From positions 11,284,001 to 11,348,000 of the forward strand of contig CATNEN010000039.1 of the NCBI GenBank assembly GCA_950097015.1: a stretch of 64,000 nucleotides of DNA, given 5' to 3'. The DNA is from Macrostomum hystrix (taxonomy: Eukaryota > Animalia > Platyhelminthes). Within the stretch, counting starts at the first letter, position 1, and every line of letters starts with the position of its first letter. Of the stretch, positions 26,770 through 37,983 are shown in pieces. Made by a program: the position numbers and the translations under genes. Under the pieces are notes generated by a model that was not told the DNA's origin, made no database searches, and saw only the letters and a program-made list of their open reading frames with translations.

Positions 26770-27075
26770 CCAGCTATGGATGAAAGGAGTGCCAGCTTGG
26801 ATTAAGGGAGTGCCAGCTTGGATTAAGGGAGTGCCAGCTTGGAATAAGGGTGTGCCAGCTTGGATTATGGGAGTGTCAGCTTGGATTATGGGAGTGCCAG
26901 CTTGGATTAAGGGAGTGCCAGCTTGGATTAAGGGAGTGCCAGCTTGGAATAAGGGTGTGCCAGCTTGAATTATGGGAGTGTCAGCTTGAATTATGGGAAT
27001 GCCAGCTTGGATTAAGGGAGTGCCAGCTTGGATTATGGGAGTGCCAGCTTCGATTATGGGAGTGCCAGCTTGGAT
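26770..27075. repeat. 21-bp minisatellite (GGATTAAGGGAGTGCCAGCTT), about 14 copies
   Basis: Tandem periodicity. Confidence 0.95.
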
Positions 27076-27699
27076 TTGATTTGTGGAATTTCACACGACG
27101 CTAGACAGCAAAGTCATCACGCGAAAACTGCTGAGAACTGTCACGCGAGTAAAATCCCCAGAAAAGGAATAATGGCTTGAGCCCATACAACTGCGCTGCA
27201 TGCTTCTATGAAACTAGACAGTTAACGTTTGCTTCAGACACGACAAAGTTTTAGCATAAATGAGGCTTGCAAGTTTACATCTAATTTGATAACATCTTTT
27301 CATTGCCCTCGATATTTTATACCTGTGAAAAAGCATTAGAAAGGTATGGAAGAGACTTCACACTGCTATTGAGTGCGAGCGTAATATGTAAGCTTAATGT
27401 ACGGTTCTTATGCAGCCAACCCCCAGTTTTTCTTTGCTCTCTTTGCTTAAAGCAATTCGCTCTGTCCTCTCTATCCGCTGCCCTGGTCTGCGTGTCAACT
27501 CCGAACGCCCAGTGTACTGAGCTTGTGACACTAGCTCGCAAATACAAAAAGCCAGCCGTTCCAACTGATTGCGTAGCGCAGAACAATCAGCAGAGCTCTT
27601 GTGTTAGGCCAGACAAAAGAAAGCGGATTAAGCAGTATCCTGGACTTGCATCAGTAGCTTGTGCTATGACCTCGTAAGTTGCTTGCATTTCATATCGAC

Positions 27700-28150
27700 A
27701 GAAAAGTGCCAAAATTTTTCGCTCTCTACGACGAAACAACCTCAAGAATCCCAAAACATCGGCATCGTCGAGATATTCACCGATTCTCGTGGTAGTGCCT
27801 GGTGGCAAAGACCAGGCATAATTTTCTGCTCTCAAAATTCCATCATGTAACCATGTCGGCTATCATTGCTGACTATTTTGGATTGATTAAATTTTCTAAT
27901 GTTTTTTCATTTTTGACCAATATGGATTCGCCACTGAAGTTTATACAGAGCAATATTAATTGTTTTTGTCACCACGTGCTTCGACAAGGATAGCTGAATA
28001 TCTCAACAGCTGACTCGGACAGCTTTAAAAATTAGTTCATCGTGAAGGGTGGAAAATGTTGATCCATATCGTGGACCTTCACGAAACTCGGTCATTCACG
28101 GCAGTGGGTATTTTAGATACTCACTATTTAAAATAGTATTTAAATACCGT
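27700..28150. repeat. Dispersed repeat family D (transposon-like relic), copy 1
   Basis: Motifs AAAATTTTCGCTCT, AAAACATCGGCATCGTC, CGATTCTCGT and AACCATGTCGGC recur at about 56200-56790 and 58090-58480. Confidence 0.6.
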
Positions 28151-28904
28151 GGTCCTTCCCTAGGGGGGAATACTAGAAATGTGTCTTTCTATTGTTAAAG
28201 CAAAACTAGGGCAGTTAATTAATTAAAGTACACGCCTTACTAATGGCAAATAGAAATAAGTAACTGTTGGCACAAATTTTCGTTCACCTAAAGATCAGAA
28301 AACAGTTAGAAAGCATCATTAAAAACTCGAATTTAATTCTCTTCTCTCAATGACGAGTCTGAACCTTTTGGTCAGGGTGGCGATGAGGCTGTGTAGTTCT
28401 TGCAGTGGAATTCGCTGCCTTTCTTTTTCTTCATAGTACAGACATTGTTTGCTGTTCAACCCTTAGCCTTGCATGTCCCCAACATGCTCAATGGGGCATA
28501 TCTGGCGGGCCTAGTTAGAGTCATCCAGTATCTGTATAGTCTGCACGTTAGTGAATGTCATCATGCTGACAGCGCCTTCTAGCAACACCAGCTCGCTCCG
28601 AACAGCAGTCCAGCGAAAAGTCCAGACGTGAACCGCTTGAAGCGCTTCAGCGTCAGTCAGCAGACGATCATCTGGAATTGGTCTGTCAGTTTAGACCAAA
28701 TGAAGCGCTCCCTATTTCGAGACAGCCTAAGCCCAGACCTGGTTCCCAGAACCGGTTTCTCTGGTTCACCAACAAACGCTTCGGTATCAGAAGCTCTAGC
28801 TAGCTCGTAAAATTCTAGTCCCCAGTAAAAAGTTAGATGCGTTCGTGCACTTTTTTTCTTTATAATTATATGTTACGACCGCTACTCAATAAACTTTCGC
28901 AGAC

Positions 28905-31900
28905 ATGTCAAGCGCTGGCAAAGATAGCGACAAGCGCGAGAAGGCCAGAGAACTGGACAAACTCTTGCTTCAGGTGGTCATTCGAAATTCAACTGGTGCT
29001 GCATCAGCCAGCGATAATCTGCCAACAGCACAGCAGGATGAAATCGGAAGAATTTTAGGAAGGCCTTTGGAAGAACAGGAGACTGATCAGCTAAGTAAAC
29101 TTTCCGAGCAATTAATGGCCTTCCTGCAACTCCGTGGCAACATTGAGAATCGGGAAGAGTCACAAACAACAGCTGATTCATCACAAATCGACCGGAGCAT
29201 TAGCATCGATCGTCCGAACCAATCTATACCGACAGCGCTTCACATCGCCATTCAAGATGGCGAAACTCAGCTGGCACTTGAACTATTATCAAATGGAGCC
29301 AACATTGACGCTCTTGATGACGAAGGTAACACGCTGCTTATGATCGCAGTTACGCGTAGTCAGTTCGATTGCGTAGTAATGCTAATCGAGCAAGGTGCTG
29401 ATTTGAGTGTGAAAAATCGGCGAGGTTTTACCGCTGCAGATCTGGCCTTTGCATCAGGGGCTTTGGAGACTCTAAAAGCACTTGAAATGAAGAGGGCATC
29501 GCTTCAGTTTGATACGGCCGTGCACGCCGAAACCGTACTAGATTTGGTGAAAAAGAATTCGATTGAGTGCCTCAAGTACTGGCTAGAGAACTACTCAAAA
29601 CAGGGCCACCTGACTGAGAAGCCCTACAATCTTGGTTACAAGGATGGGCGAACCATCTTGCACGCTGCAGCTCTAACTGGTTCCGAAGAGCTCCTACTCC
29701 TAATCGAAGCACTTGAGGGAAACTTTGACCTTCCAGACGACACCAAGTGCACACCGCTGTTCTACGCAGCTCAAAGCGGATCAGAAGAAGTTGTTGACTT
29801 CCTGCTGGAAAAAGGTTGTCAAGTCAATCATGTCAGCAACGCTGGTCAGACGCCGCTGTTCGCGGCCATCATTAACAGGCATGAAGCAATTATTAAAAAG
29901 CTTCTTGACGCTGGAGCCGACATTCTGATTAAGGACAAGGAAGGAAAGTGTCCAATAGCTCATTCTATCGAGTCAAAGCATCAGGTGGCTTTTGACAGCC
30001 TGCTAAAAAAACAAATAACGATTGGTCAAGACAGTACCAGAGCTGAAGGCAATCTTGTTCAGCTGGCAGCACAACTCAATCAATATGAAATGCTGCAGCG
30101 GCTTCATCAGGTCAATCTGCCTCTCGATGTTCCAAACAAAAGCAATAAAAAGACAGCGCTCATGACTGCCTGCCAGATTGGATCTGAGGAGATTGTCACT
30201 TACTTGCTGCAGAATGGCTGCGATGCGAGCCGAGTGGACTGTGCTGGAAATAGTCCGGCCCTTTTGGCAGCTTCCGAGGGTCACCAGCAAATTCTGAGCA
30301 TTCTGCAAATCAGGAACGCCAAGCTTGATGAAAAGAACGCTCTAGGCGAGACCGCCGTTCTGGTTGCCGCCAAGAGCAAGGCTAATGTGCTGGAGACGGT
30401 CAATTTTTTGCTTCTTCACGATTGCGATCCAAATGTTGTTGACATCAACGGAAACACCTTGGCTTCGTATGCAGCATCCTCCTTGAATCTAGCTTTACTA
30501 AAGCTGCTCATTAAGCAATGTTGCCAACTTGACATCGCCGACTACAAGGGTAATACGCCGCTGATGAAGGCAATCATGGTGCGATCTGACGCTGATATCT
30601 TACTGTCTCGAAAGTTTGTTTGCAAACTATTGCAGCATGAGTGCAGACCCAGTGTCAAGAACAACAAAGGAAACTCCGCAATCAGCATTGCAGCCAAGAT
30701 GGGGAGGATGGATTTGCTCACATTGTTCGCCAAAAGAGACGAAGCACTACTGAATATTAATAGAAAGGGCAAAACCATCTTGATGCAAGTTGCGGCAAAG
30801 AATCAGCTTGCCGTTCTACCGTATCTGGAAAGAGAATCGCCCGATGAAATGGACAATAGAAATGCCATTGACGTTTGCGGCAGAACTGCCGTGCATTTCG
30901 CGGCCATGAAAGGCCACTTGGAGTTACTTCAACATCTTGTCAGCAAATTTAAGTGTGCGTTTGACACAAAAGATAAACTAGGACGTACGCCGTTCATGCT
31001 GGCTGTCAAGGAAGGCAATTATGATGCGGCAAAGTGGTTGGCTAAAATCGGAGCGGATGTTAACCTCAGGAACAATCGCGGTGAGAACGCTGCGCACATG
31101 GCAGCCCAGCGTGGATCACTGAGCATGATGAAACTGCTAGAGCGCAATGATTGCTGTCTGGACCAGGAGGACAAGTCTGGTAAGACGCCTATAATGATTG
31201 CTTGCGCCTCAAGAGACATGGCCCTAGTCGATTTTCTACTATCGAAGCAAGTTCTCTTAGACGGATTGACGAAAGACAACCGACACAGCCTGCACTTTGC
31301 ATGCGAGGCGGGTGCATTCGAGATTGTAAAAAAACTATTGAGCCTAAACGCAGCACCTGATATCTCTGACTCACTTGGAGTTACACCTCTGATGCTCTCC
31401 GCACTGGCGCGCTCAAGTGAAATCGCAAAACTTCTTTTAAGCAAAAACAATGAGTTGGCAAAAGCAAAGGATAAGAAAGGAAAAACTTGTCTTGAGTATG
31501 CCCTCATCGGTGATAACAGCGATCTTGTTTGTGAGCTGATAGAGGCTGGATGCGATGTTAAAAATCGACAGAATGATGGGCGAACTCCACTTCTGGTCGC
31601 CATTGAGACTACTAGTAAATGTGCCTCTGACGGAGTCGCTCAGGAGCTCTTAAAGCTCGACTTCGACAAAGCAGCCGTAACTAAGGACGGTCTCAATGCT
31701 GCTCATTTTGCATGCAAGTTCAACAAGCTGCAGGTCTTGAAAATTCTAAAAGAGAAGGGAATTCCGATTGATCGTCAGACGAAAAGTCTCGACAACTGCC
31801 TTACTCTGGCCGTGCCAAATGGGAGCTCAGAGCTCATAGCTCTGCTGATTGATTTCGAATTAGATAAAGGTCACATGAATGAGAACCATCATTCTGCAGT

Positions 31901-34270
31901 ATCACTGGCGTATCAACGAGCAGACGAGGACGTTCTGTCGAAGATATTGCCTGTCTGTGACGCTCAGGTATCAAAGGTCTACGGAAATGGCAGCACTCTA
32001 TTGCACCTGGCTTGTGAAAGAGGCTCGGTAAAGTTAATTAGCAGTCTCATTGACCGAGACGAAACTCTGCTGCACAAATGCAATGGACAATCGGAGACAC
32101 CACTGCACGTAGCATGTCAAAATTCAATGCCTGAGTCAGTCGATATTCTGCTGAAGCGCGGAGCTGATCCAAATGCATTAGATTGTAAAGATGAAACTCC
32201 GATTTTCCGAATAGCTGCCGGTTCTGCTAATTTGGAAATCTACAAACTTCTAATTGCCCACAATGCCAATTTAAACGCCATCAATAAAGATGGGGTGTCA
32301 GTGCTAGCCGCAGCATTTCATCGTGGAAACCGGCCGGCCATTGACTTGCTGCTGTCAAACGGAGCAGTGCTGTCACCCGACTCGCTTCCAGAGAGTTATG
32401 AAATCATTCGAGAAAACATTCGCACACGCAGGAATAAAAACGTGACAGATCTTTTAAGCCGCGGCTTGTCGGTGAATCGGCGCGAGAGTAATTGGAACAT
32501 TCTGCACCTGGCTTTGGAAACTTCTCGAAGCGAGTTGGTAGCCGAACTTTTGCGAAGAGGCGCCAGTGTTGCAGTGAAGGACAAAGAGGGAAACACGCCC
32601 CTACTGACTGCCATTCGATTCGGTCAGGTCACTTTTGCCAAGCAGATTCTTGAGCAGCATCCAGAGACAGTCAATGATGTCAACAATTACGGCGATTCTG
32701 TTCTGCACGTCGCAGTGTCGGCAGGCAAGCTGAGCACTCTAAAGTGGCTGCTGACCAGCTACGAATTTCCTAGAAATGTGAAAAACCAATTCGAAGAAAC
32801 GGCTCTTCATGTGGCTGCCAAGCTAGGTCTGGAAGACTTATATAATATTTTGTCTGCAAGCGGCTGGGATGCAAATTTAACTTCAGCGGGCAACAATCGA
32901 AAGTTTTCAATGGTTGAGCTCGCTGCCAGGTCGGGTAACAGAAATTTTGCAGTCAGGCTGCACGAGAAACCGCATGACGTTGGCGTGTGCGACTCGCTCT
33001 GTAGCCAGTTCGCAGCTTCGGGTCAAACGACGGCACTCAAGAACATGTTTCGCTACAAATCCTGCAGTGCCCAGGTTATGTCTGTGGGAGACTCTATGAT
33101 AGCTAGTGGAAATCAGTTCCTGATTGACTGGGCGATCCAAAAGCAATTTTTGAGGGTTAACGATAGAGATGCGAGTGGGCATTATTTAATTAAGGCTGTG
33201 CGAATCGGTAACTACCATCTCTGTCTGATGTTTATGAAGAAGAGCTGCAGCCTAGAAGTGAGATTAAGCAATGGATTTACTTTGGTTCATGAGGCAGTGG
33301 CTGTCGATCATGAGCCCATCTTGCGTTACCTAATTCACCAGGGAGCTCTAGCGAAAGAGGCCGATAGTAACGGTGAAACGCCTCTCCTGTTGTCCGCCAG
33401 TCTAAGCAGAACGCGGCTGCTGAAAGTCCTGCACGGCGAGTTTGGGTGCAATTTAAATGATAGAAACTCGAGACTAGGTCAAAACACAGCTCATATCGCT
33501 GCTCTTAAAGGCAATACGAAGATTCTTAAGTATTTAAAGAAGCAACAAATGGATGAAAGATTTTTCAATGAAGTCGATCTAAACAACGAAACGCCCCTGA
33601 TACTGGCTGTACGGACGAAATCGTTGAAATGTGTTAAAGCTTTGATAGATAGTAGAGCTAGAATTAATGAAACGGATCAGAACGGACGAAGTGCACTCAA
33701 CCTAATGCTCGCATCAGAGGATCCTGAAATTCGTCGCTTTGGAGAATCTCTCTCCAACCACAGCCAGTGAGTTAATCAGTTATTGGCGCTTTCATTCAAG
33801 CTGTCATTCTACTGTAGCTTGATTAAAATAGTTACATTGAGGCGTACAGGATTTAAATCAACGATTGACACCTCACTTTACTGTAGGCGCCGGGATCTCT
33901 CAGGCAGCTACATGGGACTGCTTCATGGCGATACCGGCCAACCAGTTTCAGCCCAGGACAGGTAGGCGCGAATTTCCTAACGCTATCGTGCGTTTCGGAC
34001 TGCGGAATGTGCAACTCAGTTGATTTATTATTTATTTATAATCTGTAGTCTAACTAAAACTTAAATACTTGTTTTTAACAACTGCATTTCGCTTCGTTCT
34101 GTCGCAAAAATATCTCCAATCATTCATCGTCAATCAATTTGGTGCAGTGTATAACAAATTTAGAGCTTTTGTTTTCAGGCGTGGCCAGTTTCATCCATCG
34201 TTGACTCAGCCGCAGTCAAATACGGGACCGATCAGCATCGTGAGACACCCACCAGAGTCAGTGGATGACA
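28905..34270 (+). CDS. Giant ankyrin-repeat paralogue with no detectable kinase: exons 28905..33766, 33887..33961, 34179..~34270, probably a last exon at ~35117-35200
   Basis: The 1621-aa ORF is collinear with the upstream gene (shared KGFTAADLAF/RGFTAADLAF, YKDGRT, GLNAAHFACKFNKL, ETSRSE). CA|GTGAGT donor and phase-2 downstream exons are present; the 3' end is uncertain. Confidence 0.8.
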
Positions 34271-34451
34271 GGCAGGTCGAGTGGTTAGATTTGACTTCGA
34301 GGGAGGAATTAACGCTTTTAAATTAACAATTTAAGGTCACTAATTATCCGGTGTCTATGCAGCAGATTTTAAGAGCTCGTATAAACGAAGCGTAGTAGGT
34401 CTTATACCCACAGGTCTACTATATTTGAATTTTTGGTGGCGTCACAACCAC

Positions 34452-34963
34452 GGGGCGCCACTACCAGGGGGCGCCACTACCAGGGGGCGCCACTACCAGG
34501 GGGCGCCACTACCAGGGGGCGCCACTACCAGGGGGCGCCACTACCAGGGGGCGCCACTACCAGGGGGCGCCACTACCAGGGGGCGCCACTACCAGGGGGC
34601 GCCACTACCAGGGGGCGCCACTACCAGGGGGCGCCACTACCAGGGGGCGCCACTACCAGGGGGCGCCACTACCAGGGGGCGCCACTACCAGGGGGCGCCA
34701 CTACCAGGGGGCGCCACTACCAGGGGGCGCCACTACCAGGGGGCGCCACTACCAGGGGGCGCCACTACCAGGGGGCGCCACTACCAGGGGGCGCCACTAC
34801 CAGGGGGCGCCACTACCAGGGGGCGCCACTACCAGGGGGCGCCACTACCAGGGGGCGCCACTACCAGGGGGCGCCACTACCAGGGGGCGCCACTACCAGG
34901 GGGCGCCACTACCAGGGGGCGCCACTACCAGGGGGCGCCACTACCAGGGGGCGCCACTACCAG
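34452..34963. repeat. 16-bp perfect minisatellite (GGGGGCGCCACTACCA), about 32 copies
   Basis: Tandem periodicity. Confidence 0.97.
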
Positions 34964-35675
34964 GAAGCCAACTTCCTTTTAACTACTAATCTTGTCCTAA
35001 CAAAGGATGTTACATAGTCAAACAATAAAACAGATGAATTTCCGCAAATCTACTAGCCAATTGTGCCAACAAAAGCGCAATGCTTTCATTAAACACAATT
35101 TTTCATTTAATTTCAGCTCGCAGATACCAGCAAACGGTGCAACTTTCGCATTCAACCATCATATTGCTTCAGCAACCGATCTCTGATGTCGAGCTAGCGG
35201 CCTTCGGGCATGCCTATCTGGCAAGCCAATCATAGTTTTTCGGAAATTTTTACATTAATAACTGCTTGATTTATGTGCATGAAGATATGTTAATCTGTTA
35301 ATTTCATTGCGTACAAGTTAATGAAAGCTACCTTCTTCGAGCATACCTTGCTGAGAGTTTTCTGTTCTTACTCTCATATTCTCATTTTCTATTCTTTTAC
35401 GCTACGGAATTGTGAAACAGTTATTTTGACCTACGCACAGTTGCAATCTGCCAGTTATTTTTTCTGAATTCTGATCAATCTCAAACTCAGCGACCACTAT
35501 TACAAAAAATTCCTTACTGAAACGCCAGCGAATATATAATTTGAGTTTCTCGAATCACTATCAATATTGTGCTATTGTGTCGCATGAACGGTTTGCTAGC
35601 TAATTCCTGTTCTGTCCATTCCGATGCCAATATCAATCAATATGCAAACATAGAATGTATTGAATCGAGCTGATC

Positions 35676-36640
35676 TTAGTTTGATTTTCGCTTCTTTAAC
35701 TTGCTCGCCTTGTAAAAATGGATCGGTTTGTCGATTACTTCGACAAGCTCAATGGCGCTGATCGATCCGCTTGGCTTGAATTGCTCGGTTTGTGGCAATG
35801 GTTTCTGCAATTTGGATTAGTTGAAAATTCCTGTTTCAAATGAGCAACTCAAAATTTTCAGGACAACAATCGGCGATTATCACCAGCAGATAACAGATTA
35901 TATCAATACATGTGAAGTCATAGATATTCAGTTTGACACTTGAATCGGCAAACAGGTAAATAAGTTATCCGAATCGGCAAGTCGCACCATTTCAAAAGTT
36001 ATCCACCTTCCGATTTGCAAAATTTTCCCTTCTGAGTCCCTCATCATTTGACATCGTTTAGAAATTGAGTACTTAAAAGCTACACAAGTGAACATTTTTT
36101 TTGTTACACCTGTCCCAATCGGGCCAGATGTGCAGCCGACAGCACAGCCGCAGCTATTGCGCTGCGCATCTGAAGACTGCGTACAGCTGATCAGTCCATG
36201 GACTGGGGGGACGCCACACCCACTTTGAATTATCCCAGCTAATACTAGTACCCATTTAACAGCTGGGTGAACTGAAGCAATGCAGAGTTAAGTGTCTTGC
36301 TAAAGGACACAAATTGTTTCAGTGGAGTCGAGAATCGAACCCCCGACCATTAAGTCGTGAGTCCGACGCCCTAATCACTAGGCTACAACAAGTGAGCATA
36401 CATATACTTAAATCCAGAGCGGTAAGTCAGTTGGTAATCATTAAAACACTGGCTGACTTAGTCGTTGTTCCAATAATTCTAGCAATCATTATCATTATTT
36501 GAGAACAGACTCACCAGCGATGGTGCAAGACCGACCCTCTGGTAATTCTGCGGCGGCGCGCCATTTGTTAAGTCGCACGGCAGCCGACTGATCGATCGAC
36601 GATTCGATGATGGAGCCACCGGTGTTCTCTCCCAGTCCAT
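35676..36640 (-). CDS. Putative small unknown protein, complement(join(35676..35804,36515..36640)), 84 aa
   Basis: CTG|GTGAGT donor and an ACTAAT branch point with TTGCAG acceptor give a phase-0 open frame MDWERTP...KKRKSN*. No recognisable domain. Confidence 0.3.
36100..36388 (-). mobile_element. tRNA-derived SINE family B with CORE-like domain
   Basis: Minus strand: GGTCGGGGGTTCGATTCTC B-box, then TGTGTCCTTTAGCAAGACACTTAACTC...CACCCAGCTGTTAAATGGGTAC. Confidence 0.75.
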
Positions 36641-36772
36641 CAGTTTCGTCTGTGAGCTTGCTCACTCGAATTCCTGAGTCAGGCAGCGATGCAACTTTTT
36701 TACGAAAAAATGGTTAAGCAGAAAAACCGAGGTGTCACTTCTGCACGTACGAACTGCATCTATCAAACACAT

Positions 36773-36905
36773 GCAACCTGATCTCTCTCTGACCCAGTCA
36801 CTCCAGTGTCACTGCATCTATCAAACACATGCAACCTGATCTCTCTCTGACCCAGTCACTCCAGTGTCACCTTCACTCCAGGGTCACCTTCACTCCGGAG
36901 TCACC
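36773..36905. repeat. 58-bp direct duplication plus short CACTCCAG subrepeats
   Basis: ACTGCATCTATCAAACACATGCAACCTGATCTCTCTCTGACCCAGTCACTCCAGTGTC occurs twice. Confidence 0.9.
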
Positions 36906-36908
36906 ATC

Positions 36909-37983
36909 TTAATAGGATGGCAAGTCCTTAATAACATTTACTAAGTCACGAAATAACTGCGCACCAAGTCGAAATGCAAGAGCTCTGCTATAATCGATAA
37001 TGAGGCACATCTTAGAATTCAGCAGCACTGGGACATCTTCTAGATAGCGCCTGTAGTAGTACTTCGGTATGTACAAGAAGAAGTTGGTCGATATTGAGTT
37101 TTCTGTGGTCTGCGGTTGAAAAAAAATGCGAACAGAAGTTCTTAAATGCGCATGTCTTGATAGATAATGCAATTCTAAAACAGACACAAAGCTAAAACTC
37201 ACATCCATGCAGAAAATGTAGGCAGTCTCGGTGTAAAGAACTCGATTCTTCTTGCCGCGTACGAGCGCATTGTGCTCTTGGAACAGCCGCCTTATAAAAG
37301 TGCACACCTCCGTTTTGTCGTTTTGTGTCTGGAACAGCACGCTGATCTCCGTCCTGTGGTTGCGGTAGAACAGTGGCGGTGTTGCTGCGTACAGTGTAAG
37401 TGTTGATGTTCAGGCTAGCTGTTAGCAACTAATCCCCATTTGATTACGGATCCCCATTTGATCTGACGGAGTAATTATATAGCAAATGCTATATTCTAAT
37501 TAAGCCTGCAGAATAGGCTGTTGTTACCTGGTCGTACGAGTGTCAGACTAACGACTTGAAGGTCGGGGTTCGATTCCCGACTGCAATGGAACAATTTGTC
37601 TTTTAGCAAGACACTAAACTCTGCATCGCTTCAATTCAGCCAGCTCTTCTATAGGTACCAGCATCAGCTGAGGTAATTGAGGATACGCAGCCTTCAGATG
37701 CGCCCCGCAATAGCACCGACTTGCTGTCGGCTGCGCTATCTGGCCCAATTGGGGCAGGTGTAATCAATGAGTATATATATTATTTTTAAAAACGTATATA
37801 TTCCACTCACTCGTGAGTAACCAAGGAGAATTTCCTAGGCAGAAAGTTCTGTAACCGAAGCCGCACATTCGGCACAAACCACTCGGGGTAGATGCAATGA
37901 TATCGACGTCGCGTTATCTCAGGGTCCGTACTATCCTTGGCACAATCCTTACAATCGTCGAATAGGTGCAGGTGAGAACGCAT
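36909..37983 (-). CDS. Putative unknown protein; exons 37811..37983(/38000), 37203..37353, 36909..37109; 5' end unresolved
   Basis: Two GTGAGT donors and CAG acceptors join three exons in consistent phase (2, then 0) into one open frame ending KDLPSY*. No homology recognised. Confidence 0.45.
37515..37762 (+). mobile_element. SINE family B (opposite orientation)
   Basis: GGTCGGGGTTCGATTCCC, TTTAGCAAGACACTAAACTCTGCAT, tail CTGGCCCAATTGGGGCAGGTGTAA. Confidence 0.75.

Noticed and set aside
19208-33770. Horizontal transfer from an endosymbiont or virus, given the intron-free ankyrin ORFs
   Set aside because: Canonical spliceosomal introns at the 3' ends, a eukaryotic kinase fold and host-like composition; no positive evidence.
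36310-36390. tRNA gene candidates (also 2290-2360, 18380-18453, 37520-37590)
   Set aside because: A/B boxes are present, but there is no complete cloverleaf or T-run terminator; they continue into SINE bodies.
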